From Verrucomicrobiota bacterium (GTDB lineage: Bacteria; Verrucomicrobiota; Verrucomicrobiia; Limisphaerales; Palsa-1400), in assembly GCA_049510745.1 (NCBI GenBank), contig JBEKYR010000029.1, positions 1-63,777 of the forward strand: 63,777 nt of DNA. Reading direction: 5' to 3'. This document shows positions 38,702 through 47,772 of the stretch, one piece after another; position 1 is the stretch's first letter; the number at the start of each line of letters is the position of its first letter. A program made the position numbers and the translations under genes. The notes under the pieces were generated by a model. The model had not been told where the DNA came from. It did no database searches and saw only the letters and a program-made list of their open reading frames with translations.

Positions 38702-38953
38702 ATGAACAGACGTTCTCCGAAATCCAGCGCCGGCCGCCGCCAATTTCTGCGCGACGGGCTGCGCTATGCCCTTCTTGGCGGGCTGGCTGCGATTAGCGGG
38801 AAGCTCATCGCCCGCCCGGCCGCCCGGCCTGCCGGCCAGGTCTGCATCAGCGCCGGCATTTGCCGGGGTTGCGCGGCTTTTGACGACTGCGGACTGCCCC
38901 AGGCCTTGTCCGCCAAGGAAGTCCTCGGCCATTCTTCATCGAGGTCACCATGA
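38702..38953 (+). CDS. Small Tat-signal protein with 4-Cys motif
   Basis: RRQFLR plus hydrophobic stretch; CISAGICRGCAAFDDC; ATGA overlap with next gene. Confidence 0.7.
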   Translation: MNRRSPKSSAGRRQFLRDGLRYALLGGLAAISGKLIARPAARPAGQVCISAGICRGCAAFDDCGLPQALSAKEVLGHSSSRSP

Positions 38954-39966
38954 AACCAGAATTGGAACTTTTCGACCGGCGGGAGTTTTTCGGTGTCGTA
39001 ACGAAAACCGCCGCCATTATCGGCCTGGCCGGCGCCGCCGAGGGGAGGGCGCAAGGACAGGGAACGGCCAACCCGTTTGCCTATGACCTTTCCCGTTTCC
39101 AGAAGACCGATCCCAAACTCATCACCTACGAGGAAGTGACGCGCTGGCCGATTCCCCACAAGGAAGCCCGGCGGCTGGCCATCGGGCCGGACGGCCAACT
39201 CTATGTCTGCGCGGGCAACTATATCAACGGCATGAGCCGGGCGGGTCAGCGCGGGCTGGAATTGGCGCTGGCGGGGCCGGCCTGCTGTGTCGCCGTGGCC
39301 GGGGACGGAACCATTTTCGCCGGCCTGCGCGACCACATAGAGGTATTTGACTCCAAGGGCGGGCGCGTGGCCCGTTGGGAATCGCCGGACCCGAAGACCT
39401 GGTTTACCGGCCTGGCGGCGGGGGAGAAGGATGTCTTTGCGGCCGATGCCGTGAAACTGGTCGTGCTGCGCTACGACCGCGCGGGAAAAATCGTCGGCCG
39501 CATCGGTCACAAGGATGCGGACCGGAATGTGCCGGGACTGATCGTGCCCAGCCCGTTCCTCGACGTGATCATTCATCGGGACGGCTTGTTGCGTGTCAAC
39601 AATCCGGGCCGCCATCGGATTGAAGCCTACACCTTTGACGGGGACCTGGAGGGCGCCTGGGGCAAACCCGCCGCCGCCATCGAGGGATTCTGCGGCTGCT
39701 GCAATCCCATCGGCCTCACCGCCTTGGCCGACGGGCGGATCGTCACCTGCGAGAAGGGCCTTCCCCGCGTGAAGATTTACAGCGCCACGGGCGAATTTGA
39801 GTCGGTGGTGGCGGGAACGGAATCGTTCCCGGAAAACGCCCACGCCTGCACGGACCTCAACGATTGCATCCACGGCGGAATCGATGCCGCGGCGGATGCC
39901 GACGGGCGAATCTACGTCCTGGACATCGTCACCAGCGACGTGCGGGTGATGAAGCGGAAAGGGTGA
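38950..39966 (+). CDS. Tat-exported NHL-type beta-propeller with FCGCCNP motif
   Basis: DRREFFG signal; NNPGRHRIE, FCGCCNP, EKGLPRVKIY. Confidence 0.72.
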   Translation: MKPELELFDRREFFGVVTKTAAIIGLAGAAEGRAQGQGTANPFAYDLSRFQKTDPKLITYEEVTRWPIPHKEARRLAIGPDGQLYVCAGNYINGMSRAGQRGLELALAGPACCVAVAGDGTIFAGLRDHIEVFDSKGGRVARWESPDPKTWFTGLAAGEKDVFAADAVKLVVLRYDRAGKIVGRIGHKDADRNVPGLIVPSPFLDVIIHRDGLLRVNNPGRHRIEAYTFDGDLEGAWGKPAAAIEGFCGCCNPIGLTALADGRIVTCEKGLPRVKIYSATGEFESVVAGTESFPENAHACTDLNDCIHGGIDAAADADGRIYVLDIVTSDVRVMKRKG

Positions 39967-39971
39967 AACGC

Positions 39972-40544
39972 ATGGACGCCAAACCTCCAGCGGACAGACC
40001 GGTGACGCGGCGCCAGTTTCTCCGCAACGGGGCGCGGCTGATGACGATGACCGGCCTGGGGGTGGCGGCGGGCGCGCTGGCCACCCGGACCACCAGCGCG
40101 GCGTGGGTGTGGCAAATCGACCCGGCCAAATGCCGGCGCTGCGGCAACTGCGCCACCCAGTGCGTGCTGGAGCAGTCCGCCGTCAAATGCGTCCACGCCT
40201 ACGCGGTTTGCGGCTACTGCCAGCTTTGCACCGGGTTTTTCGCGCCGGAACCCAACGCGCTGACCACGGCGGCGGAGAACCAGCTTTGCCCGACGGCCGC
40301 CCTCAAGCGCACCTACGTCGAAGACCCCTATTATCAATATAGTATCGACGAAAACCTCTGCATCGGCTGCGCCAAATGTGTCGAGGGCTGCAACCGTTTC
40401 GGCAACGGCTCGCTCTTCCTGCAAATCCGCCACGACCGCTGCGTCAACTGCAACGAGTGCGCCATCGCCCGCTCCTGTCCCGGCGACGCCTTCCGGCGCG
40501 TGCCGGTGGACCATCCCTACCTGCTCAAAACCACCAGCCGCTAA
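39972..40544 (+). CDS. Tat-exported polyferredoxin
   Basis: TRRQFLR; CRRCGNC..C, CGYCQLC, CIGCAKCVEGC, CVNCNEC..CP. Confidence 0.85.
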   Translation: MDAKPPADRPVTRRQFLRNGARLMTMTGLGVAAGALATRTTSAAWVWQIDPAKCRRCGNCATQCVLEQSAVKCVHAYAVCGYCQLCTGFFAPEPNALTTAAENQLCPTAALKRTYVEDPYYQYSIDENLCIGCAKCVEGCNRFGNGSLFLQIRHDRCVNCNECAIARSCPGDAFRRVPVDHPYLLKTTSR

Positions 40545-40548
40545 GGAT

Positions 40549-41865
40549 ATGCTTCGCCGTCTGAAATGCATCGGTGCGCTGGGAGTGATGTTGCTTTTGG
40601 CGCTGCTGGTTTCCGCCGAGCAACGTTTTCCACCGCCGGATTTTGAAAGCGGCTATCGCCTGCCCTCCGCCTCCACTCCCGCCGCGCGCCATCTTTGGCT
40701 GCAATATGCGGATGCGGGCGTGTTCCTCGCCGCCCTGGCAATGGCGGTCTGGCTGATTTACAAAAAACGCTCGCGGCGCGGGCTTTTCTGGCTCTCGCTC
40801 TTTTCCCTGGCGTATTTTGGGTTTTACCGCCAAGGCTGCATCTGCCCCATCGGTTCGCCGCAAAATGTCGTCTATGCGCTGTTCCACCCGGACTACGCGG
40901 CGCCGGTGACGGTGCTGATTTTCTGCTTCGCTCCCATCGTGGTGGCATTGTTTGCGGGGCGGGCTTTTTGCGCGGGGGTGTGCCCGCAAGGAGCGCTCCA
41001 GGATTTCATGCTGATCAAGCCCCTCACCGTGCCGCTCTGGCTGGAACAGGCGCTGAGCGTCGTGCCTTATATTTTTCTGGGCGCGGGCCTGATCTACGCC
41101 GGCACCGGGACGGGATTTGTCATCTGCCGTTATGATCCGTTCGTTCCGTTCTTTCGGCTCTCGGGCGGACTCTTCATCCTGACTGCGGGAGCGGCCTTTC
41201 TGCTGGCCGGGATGTTTGTGGGCCGGCCCTATTGCCGGTTTCTTTGTCCTTACGGCGGGTTGCTGAGGCTGGCGTCGATGGCTTCCAAATGGCGCGTCCG
41301 TGTCACGCCCGATACTTGCACGCAATGCCGCCTTTGCGAACAATCCTGCCCGTTCGGCGCGATGCGGGAACCCGCGCCCGCCGGAACCGATCCAACAGGG
41401 TTAAGACCGGAGCGAAAACGCCTCGGCTGGCTGCTGGCGCTTCTGCCTGTGCTCGTGGTTGTCGGCGCGTGGGCAGGCTCCCAACTCAGCCCGGCGGCCG
41501 CGCAACTTCATCCGGCCGTGGCCCTGGCCGAACGCTACGCGCGCCAGCAAAGCCATCCGGTGCAGTACGGCCTGATGACCCCGGAGGCGCTTTCGCTTGA
41601 ACGCGCCGCCGAGAATCCGGCCGAAGTCCTGAAGGCGGCGGCGGATTTGCGGCGCCGCTTTGATCTGGCCTGCTGGTTGTTCGGCGGCTGGGTTGGGCTG
41701 GTCATCGGTGTCAAATTGGTGGCGCTATCGGCGCGTCCGAGCAGGACCGATTATGAGCCGGATCGCGGCGCGTGTTTCGGCTGTGCCCGGTGCTTCACCG
41801 CGTGCCCCAACGAACGGGTTCGCCTCGGCCTGATGCCGGCGGCCGAAGGCCCCGCGCCGTCATGA
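40549..41865 (+). CDS. NapH/MauN-like membrane 4Fe-4S protein (putative quinol oxidoreductase)
   Basis: GCICPIG, GRAFCAGVCPQG, RPYCRFLCPYG, CTQCRLCEQSCP, CFGCARCFTACP; multiple TMs. Confidence 0.85.
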   Translation: MLRRLKCIGALGVMLLLALLVSAEQRFPPPDFESGYRLPSASTPAARHLWLQYADAGVFLAALAMAVWLIYKKRSRRGLFWLSLFSLAYFGFYRQGCICPIGSPQNVVYALFHPDYAAPVTVLIFCFAPIVVALFAGRAFCAGVCPQGALQDFMLIKPLTVPLWLEQALSVVPYIFLGAGLIYAGTGTGFVICRYDPFVPFFRLSGGLFILTAGAAFLLAGMFVGRPYCRFLCPYGGLLRLASMASKWRVRVTPDTCTQCRLCEQSCPFGAMREPAPAGTDPTGLRPERKRLGWLLALLPVLVVVGAWAGSQLSPAAAQLHPAVALAERYARQQSHPVQYGLMTPEALSLERAAENPAEVLKAAADLRRRFDLACWLFGGWVGLVIGVKLVALSARPSRTDYEPDRGACFGCARCFTACPNERVRLGLMPAAEGPAPS

Positions 41866-43622
41866 ACACTTCTTCTCTTCATCGCGCGCTTTTGCTCACC
41901 GCATGGATTGCGGGCGTGTTTTGCGCGCTGGTTTGCGGAGTCATGGTCTATGGGCATTTCGCGGCTGCCACCAACGATCCGTGGAAATCTCCGCAACTGC
42001 TCGCGCTCAAGGACAAGCTGGCGGCCGAACCGAAAAACGAGGCGCTGCAAAAGGAGATTCGGCAACTGGACCTGAAATTCCGCCAGAAGTTCCGCCATCG
42101 CCTCGCGCTGGACAAAACGGGCGCCTGGCTGCTGCTGGGCGGGACGCTGGCGCTCGTTCTGGCGGCCACGAAAGCGGCGGCCATCAAGAAAACACTCCCA
42201 CTGCCGCAGCCTAAGACGGATGCCGCCGAGGAGTCCTTAAAACTGGCCGCGCGCGCGCGTTGGTCCCTGGCCGGTGTGGGTCTGGTGGTGGCGGGTTCGT
42301 TGCTGATAATTCGACTGGGGAACACTTCCGTTTTGCCGGCCAGCCAGGCCGGCTGGCAAAAGCTCCTCGGCAAAGCCGGCCCGGAGGAGGCGCCGGCCGA
42401 GGAGGCGCCCCCCTTGTCCGCATTCCAGACCAATTGGCCGCGTTTTCGCGGATGGGACGGCAGCGGGGTTTCCACAAACGGCAGCGCGGCGCTCTCCTGG
42501 GACGCAAAAAACGGGGCCGCGCTCCTGTGGCGTTCCGCCATCCCGGCGCCGGGGCACAATTCGCCGGTTGTTTGGGGGGATAGTGTTTTCATTTCCGGCG
42601 GCACGGCGGAGCGGCGCGAAGTTTTCTGTTACAACGCTTCCAGTGGCGCGCTTCTCTGGCGACGGGCCATTGAAAATGTGCCCGGCAGCCCGCCCAAAAT
42701 TTCAGAGGCGCCGGAGGACACCGGCTACGCGGCCCCGACAATGGCGGCGGACGGGCGGCGCGTTTATGCCATTTTCAGCAACGGCGACCTTGGCGCGCTC
42801 ACTTTCGACGGCTCCGTTACCTGGACCAAATACCTCGGCCCGGTGAAGAATCCCTACGGCTACGCCGCTTCGCTGGCCGTGTGGGGAAACAGCTTGCTCA
42901 TTCAACTGGATCAGGGCGAGACGGGCGCGGCAGGGTCGAAACTGATCTCGTTGCAGGGCGCCAGCGGGCGGGTCTTGTGGGAGCGCAGCCGCCCTGTTCC
43001 CGCGTCGTGGGCCACGCCAATCGTGATCGAAGCGGCGGGCAAAACGCAGATCATCACCCTGGCCAATCCCTGGGTAATCGCCTACGCGCTGGCCGACGGC
43101 AGCGAGATTTGGCGGGCGCAATTGCTGGAAAACGAAGTGGTGCCGTCGCCTGTGTTTTCCGGCGGACTTGTCCTTGTGCTCAGTCCGGGGGCCAGGCTGA
43201 TGGCGCTGCGGCCCGACGGCGCAGGCGATGTGACGAAGACGGGCGTTGCCTGGGCCAGCGAGGAGAATGTTCCCGATATCACCAGCCCGGTCAGCAACGG
43301 CGAACTCGTTTTCACCGTGACCAGCGCCGGAATGGCGACGTGTTTTGAGGCCACCGACGGAAAAAAAATCTGGGAAAAGAATCTGGACACAGAGGTGCAG
43401 GCGTCGCCGGGCATGGCGGGCGGCAGGCTGTTCGTCCTGGGTGAAACCGGCGCGCTGGTGACGCTGTCAGCCGGACGCGAGTTTCACGAGATAGGGCGAA
43501 GCCAACTGCCGGACAAATTCGTCGCCAGCCCGGCCTTTGCCAACGGGCATGTCTTCCTGCGCGGAGTGACGAACCTGTATTGCCTGGGGCCAGCCGGCGC
43601 GAAACTGGCGAAACAACCGTAA
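41862..43622 (+). CDS. Membrane-anchored PQQ-like beta-propeller protein
   Basis: Three N-terminal TMs, NWPRFRG, GHNSPVVWG, SWATP, ASPAFANG. Confidence 0.82.
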   Translation: MNTSSLHRALLLTAWIAGVFCALVCGVMVYGHFAAATNDPWKSPQLLALKDKLAAEPKNEALQKEIRQLDLKFRQKFRHRLALDKTGAWLLLGGTLALVLAATKAAAIKKTLPLPQPKTDAAEESLKLAARARWSLAGVGLVVAGSLLIIRLGNTSVLPASQAGWQKLLGKAGPEEAPAEEAPPLSAFQTNWPRFRGWDGSGVSTNGSAALSWDAKNGAALLWRSAIPAPGHNSPVVWGDSVFISGGTAERREVFCYNASSGALLWRRAIENVPGSPPKISEAPEDTGYAAPTMAADGRRVYAIFSNGDLGALTFDGSVTWTKYLGPVKNPYGYAASLAVWGNSLLIQLDQGETGAAGSKLISLQGASGRVLWERSRPVPASWATPIVIEAAGKTQIITLANPWVIAYALADGSEIWRAQLLENEVVPSPVFSGGLVLVLSPGARLMALRPDGAGDVTKTGVAWASEENVPDITSPVSNGELVFTVTSAGMATCFEATDGKKIWEKNLDTEVQASPGMAGGRLFVLGETGALVTLSAGREFHEIGRSQLPDKFVASPAFANGHVFLRGVTNLYCLGPAGAKLAKQP

Positions 43623-43625
43623 CGT

Positions 43626-46010
43626 ATGCCAAGTGTGGACCTCAAATTTGTCGAGGAAGCGGTGGAGCGGATCGGGCGCAAACCCACGGCGCTGATCCCG
43701 ATCCTGCAGGCGCTGCAGGAACATCATGGCTACCTGCCCAGGGAGGCGTTGGAGCGCCTCGGCGAGCTGACCGAGATTCGCCCCTCCGCCATCTCAGGTG
43801 TTTCGACCTTCTACGACATGTTCCGCCACAAGCCGGCGGGCAAACACATTATCCGGGTCTGCCGCGGCACGGCCTGTCATGTGGCGGGAGCGGACCGGGT
43901 GGAGGAGGCGTTGCGGCGGCATTTGCGCATTCCGCCGGGCGCCGACACGGACGCGGCGCAGGAGTTCACCATCGAACGGGTCGCCTGCCTGGGTTGTTGC
44001 ACGCTCGCGCCGGTGGTGAAGATGGGCGACTCGACGATGGGATTCGCGTTCGCGGAAAAATCTCCGGACCAGGTGCGCGAGTATCTCACCCGGCAGACAG
44101 AGGCGGCAGGCGTGGAGTCCACCGAAGAAATGGAGCCTGCGGCCGGCAATGGCTTCGCGCAAATCCACGTTGGCCTCGGTTCCTGCTGCATGGCCAAAGG
44201 CAGCGCCCAGTTATTTCACGCGTTGCGCGAGAGCGCCGGCCAATGCGGCGGCCAGGTGGCCATCAAGCGGGTGGGTTGCATGGGAATGTGCCATCGCACG
44301 CCGATGATTGAAGTGGCGCTGCCGGGCCAGGCGGCCGCGTATTATTCGAACCTGACGCCCGGCCAGGCCGATGCCCTCATGCAACGGCATTTTCGTCCGC
44401 GCGGTTTTCTGCGCCGCGCGGGCCGGCTCTGGACACGGCTGCTGGACGGCCTGCTGCTGGAGGAGGCCGCGCCGCAACAACAGGTGGAGCGTTTCTCCAT
44501 GAGCAAACGCGATCCCGGTGTCCGCGCCTTCCTCGAAAACCAGGTGCATATCGCGACCGAACATTTCGGCAAACTCGATCCGCTGGACCTGGACGAATAC
44601 CTCGCCCATGAAGGCTTCGCCGCGCTCCGGCGGTGCCTGGAAACGCCGGCGCCGAAAACCAACGGCGCCCTTTCTCCGGAACAACTCATCGCCACCCTCG
44701 AACAATCCGGCTTGCGCGGACGCGGCGGGGCGGGATTTCCCAGCGGACAAAAATGGCGCGCCGTCCGGCAGCAGCCGGGCGATGTCAAGTATGCGATCTG
44801 CAACGGCGACGAGGGCGACCCGGGCGCGTTCATGGATCGCATGATTCTGGAATCGTTTCCGTTCCGCGTCATCGAGGGACTGGCGCTGGCGGCGGTGGCC
44901 GTGGGCGCGCACGAGGGCATTTTTTATGTCCGCCACGAATATCCGCTGGCGGTCAGGCGGGTGCGGGCGGCGATTGCGGAAATGGAAAAGCGCGGCTGGC
45001 TGGGGGCGACCTTGCTGGGCGCCGGCTTTCCCTTGCGACTGAGCGTGGTCGAGGGGGCCGGGGCGTTTGTGTGCGGCGAAGAGACCGCGCTGATCGCCTC
45101 GGTGGAAGGCCGGCGCGGGATGCCGCGGCTGCGGCCGCCCTTCCCCGCCGAGTCGGGCCTGTGGGGCAAACCGACGCTGATCAACAACGTGGAAACGCTG
45201 GCGTTGGCGCCGTGGATCGTCCGGCATGGGGCGGCGCGGTTCGCGGCCCTCGGCACGGTCAAAAGCAAAGGCACCAAGGTGTTCGCCCTGGCCGGAAAAA
45301 TTCGCCGCGGCGGGTTGATCGAAGTCCCGATGGGGACGAGTCTGCGCGCCATCGTCGAAGAGATCGGTGGCGGCGCGGCGGAAGGCCGGCGGATCAAGGC
45401 GGTGCAGATTGGCGGGCCGTCCGGCGGCTGCGTGCCCGCCAGCCTGATGGACACGCCGGTCGATTACGAATCGCTGCGCGAGGCCGGCGCGATCATGGGT
45501 TCGGGCGGGATGGTGGTGCTGGACGACACGTCGTGCATGGTCGATATCGCGCGGTATTTTCTCCAGTTCACCCAGGACCAGTCGTGCGGCAAATGCACGT
45601 TCTGCCGGGTCGGGACCAAGAGGATGCTGGATATTCTGGACAAGCTGTGCGCGGGCAAGGCGCAACGCGGGCACCTGGAGGAACTCGAAGTGCTGGCGCG
45701 CCAGGTCAGCGCCGGCAGCCTGTGCGGCCTGGGGAAAACGGCCCCCAATCCGGTGCTCTCGACCTTGCGCTACTTCCGCGGTGAATACGAGGCGCACCTG
45801 CAAGGCCGCTGCCCGGCGGGCCGGTGCGCCGCTCTTGTCAAGTATCGCGTCACCGCCGCCTGCACCGGCTGCACCCTGTGCGCCCAGCATTGCCCGGTCC
45901 ACGCCATCCCGATGGCGCCCTACGCGAAACACGAGATCGACCTGGAGGTTTGCACCCGGTGCGACACCTGCCGCAAGGTCTGCCCGGAAAACGCCATCGA
46001 GGCCGCATGA
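43626..46010 (+). CDS. NuoE-NuoF (HydC-HydB/BfuC-BfuB-like) fusion, FMN/NADH-binding Fe-S protein
   Basis: CRGTAC/CLGCC 2Fe-2S; second 2Fe-2S SCC..CMGMC; SGLRGRGGAGFP, NGDEGDPGAFMDR, GAGAFVCGEETAL, GGPSG, SCGKCTFC, two C-terminal 4Fe-4S motifs. Confidence 0.9.
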   Translation: MPSVDLKFVEEAVERIGRKPTALIPILQALQEHHGYLPREALERLGELTEIRPSAISGVSTFYDMFRHKPAGKHIIRVCRGTACHVAGADRVEEALRRHLRIPPGADTDAAQEFTIERVACLGCCTLAPVVKMGDSTMGFAFAEKSPDQVREYLTRQTEAAGVESTEEMEPAAGNGFAQIHVGLGSCCMAKGSAQLFHALRESAGQCGGQVAIKRVGCMGMCHRTPMIEVALPGQAAAYYSNLTPGQADALMQRHFRPRGFLRRAGRLWTRLLDGLLLEEAAPQQQVERFSMSKRDPGVRAFLENQVHIATEHFGKLDPLDLDEYLAHEGFAALRRCLETPAPKTNGALSPEQLIATLEQSGLRGRGGAGFPSGQKWRAVRQQPGDVKYAICNGDEGDPGAFMDRMILESFPFRVIEGLALAAVAVGAHEGIFYVRHEYPLAVRRVRAAIAEMEKRGWLGATLLGAGFPLRLSVVEGAGAFVCGEETALIASVEGRRGMPRLRPPFPAESGLWGKPTLINNVETLALAPWIVRHGAARFAALGTVKSKGTKVFALAGKIRRGGLIEVPMGTSLRAIVEEIGGGAAEGRRIKAVQIGGPSGGCVPASLMDTPVDYESLREAGAIMGSGGMVVLDDTSCMVDIARYFLQFTQDQSCGKCTFCRVGTKRMLDILDKLCAGKAQRGHLEELEVLARQVSAGSLCGLGKTAPNPVLSTLRYFRGEYEAHLQGRCPAGRCAALVKYRVTAACTGCTLCAQHCPVHAIPMAPYAKHEIDLEVCTRCDTCRKVCPENAIEAA

Positions 46011-47602
46011 GCGCGTTTACCATTAGTATTGATGGAAGGCAGGCGGAGGTTTTCCCGGGCCAGACGGTTTTGCAGGCCGCGCGGCAGATCGGCCTGGACA
46101 TTCCCACCCTTTGCCATCTGGAAAAGTGCGGGCCTCTGACCTCCTGCCAGGTTTGCCTGGTCAAGGTGGTGGCCAACGGCCAGAGCCGTTTGGTTCCGTC
46201 GTGCGCCACCCAGGCCGTGCCCGGCATGGTCATCGAAAGCGAAACCGAGGAAGTCCACGAGGCGCGGCGCACGGCGCTCGAATTGCTTTTCAGCGACCAC
46301 GTGGGTGATTGTCTTTCGCCGTGCCAGCGCCTCTGCCCGCTGCAACTGAACATTCCCGCGATGCTGCGGCAGATCGGGGCGGGCCGCCTGGACGAGGCGA
46401 TTACCACCATGCGCCAGGCGCTGCCGTTGGCGGGAGTGCTGGGCCGCCTTTGCCATCATCCTTGCGAACAAGGCTGCCGCCGCGGCGTTTTCGATGAACC
46501 GGCGGCGATCCGCGAGATGGAGCGGTTCTTGACAGAGCACGAACTCAAGCAGGAATCCCGGCAGGCCAGGGCGTGGCTGTCCGAACCCGCCGCCGTCGGC
46601 AAGCAGTCCGTGGTAATCGTTGGGGCCGGGCCGGCCGGGCTGGCGGCGGCGCATGACCTGGCGCGGCGCCGCCACGCCGTCACGGTCATTGACCGCCGCG
46701 CCAAGCCGGGCGGGAGGCTGCGCGACGTGCCGGAAGGCGAGTTGCCCGCCGCCGTGCTCGAGGCGGAAGTCGCGTTGCTGGCGGGGATGGGAATTGATTT
46801 CAAAACCGGCATCGAGTTGGGGACTCAAGTGACTTTGGACGGTTTGCAGCGCGGGTTCGACGCCATCCTGCTCGCCGTCGGCGAATTGGCCGAAGGCGAC
46901 GGCGGGAGACTTGGGGCGCCGCCGGCCGCCGCCGTGCTCAAGGCCGACCCGGCCACCTGCCGCGTCAGTCCGCCCAACGTTTTTGCCGCCGGCGCCTGCG
47001 TCAAGCCTGTCAAGCAAGTTGTCCGGGCCATGGCCGAGGGCCGGGCGGCGGCCGAGTGCGTGGACCGCTATTTGCGCGGCGAGCCGCCGCGTCGGCCCGG
47101 GAAACCGTTCTCCAGCGTCATGGGCCGATTGGAGCCGGGCGAACTGCGGGAATTCCTGCGCAACGCGAGCCAGGAGCACAGCGTGGCGCCGTGCGCCCGT
47201 TGCGCCGGGATCGACCGCGGCGAGGCGGTCCGGGAGGCGTCGCGCTGCCTGCATTGCGACTGCCGGTCGTCGGGCAATTGCGTGCTGCAGCACTACGCCC
47301 AAGTCTATGGCGCCGACGCCAACCGATTCCGGTCGGAGCGCCGGCCCTTCGAGCAGCAACTCCAGCCCGGCGGCGTCATTTTCGAGCCGGGCAAGTGCAT
47401 TTTGTGCGGGATTTGCGTGAAGCTGACGGAAATGGCGGCCGAACCGCTGGGCCTGACATTTATCGGGCGCGGCTTCGACGTGCGGTTGGCGGCGCCGTTC
47501 GACCGCCCGATCGAGGAGGGCTTGCGGGCGGTGGCGGAAGAATGCGTGCGGCACTGCCCGACGGGCGCGCTGGCGTTTGCCGATAAGGTTGCCGGCGCCT
47601 GA
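46007..47602 (+). CDS. NuoG/HydA-like 2Fe-2S + GltD/NfnB-like FAD domain + 4Fe-4S protein (StnC/BfuA-like)
   Basis: IPTLC..SCQVC..SC; DCLSPCQRLCP..LCHHPCEQGCRR; VGAGPAGL; RCLHCDC; KCILCGICV..CPTGAL; ATGA overlap. Confidence 0.82.
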   Translation: MSAFTISIDGRQAEVFPGQTVLQAARQIGLDIPTLCHLEKCGPLTSCQVCLVKVVANGQSRLVPSCATQAVPGMVIESETEEVHEARRTALELLFSDHVGDCLSPCQRLCPLQLNIPAMLRQIGAGRLDEAITTMRQALPLAGVLGRLCHHPCEQGCRRGVFDEPAAIREMERFLTEHELKQESRQARAWLSEPAAVGKQSVVIVGAGPAGLAAAHDLARRRHAVTVIDRRAKPGGRLRDVPEGELPAAVLEAEVALLAGMGIDFKTGIELGTQVTLDGLQRGFDAILLAVGELAEGDGGRLGAPPAAAVLKADPATCRVSPPNVFAAGACVKPVKQVVRAMAEGRAAAECVDRYLRGEPPRRPGKPFSSVMGRLEPGELREFLRNASQEHSVAPCARCAGIDRGEAVREASRCLHCDCRSSGNCVLQHYAQVYGADANRFRSERRPFEQQLQPGGVIFEPGKCILCGICVKLTEMAAEPLGLTFIGRGFDVRLAAPFDRPIEEGLRAVAEECVRHCPTGALAFADKVAGA

Positions 47603-47772
47603 CTGGGCTTCGCAAGGAAAGGAAGAAGGATGAAGGATGAAGTCCGCACGGGAGACCTGATGGCGGGCATCCGCGGGGCTTGACCTGCCTTGACTGGGAT
47701 CTCTGGAACGCCATTGAAAACTGGTTTATTTCCTGAGTTGCCGCCGCGGCGATTCTTCTGTAAACAGTTCCC

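Noticed and set aside
43626..47602. Complex I nuoEFG or FeFe-hydrogenase
   Set aside because: No other nuo genes, and no H-cluster motifs in the third subunit.
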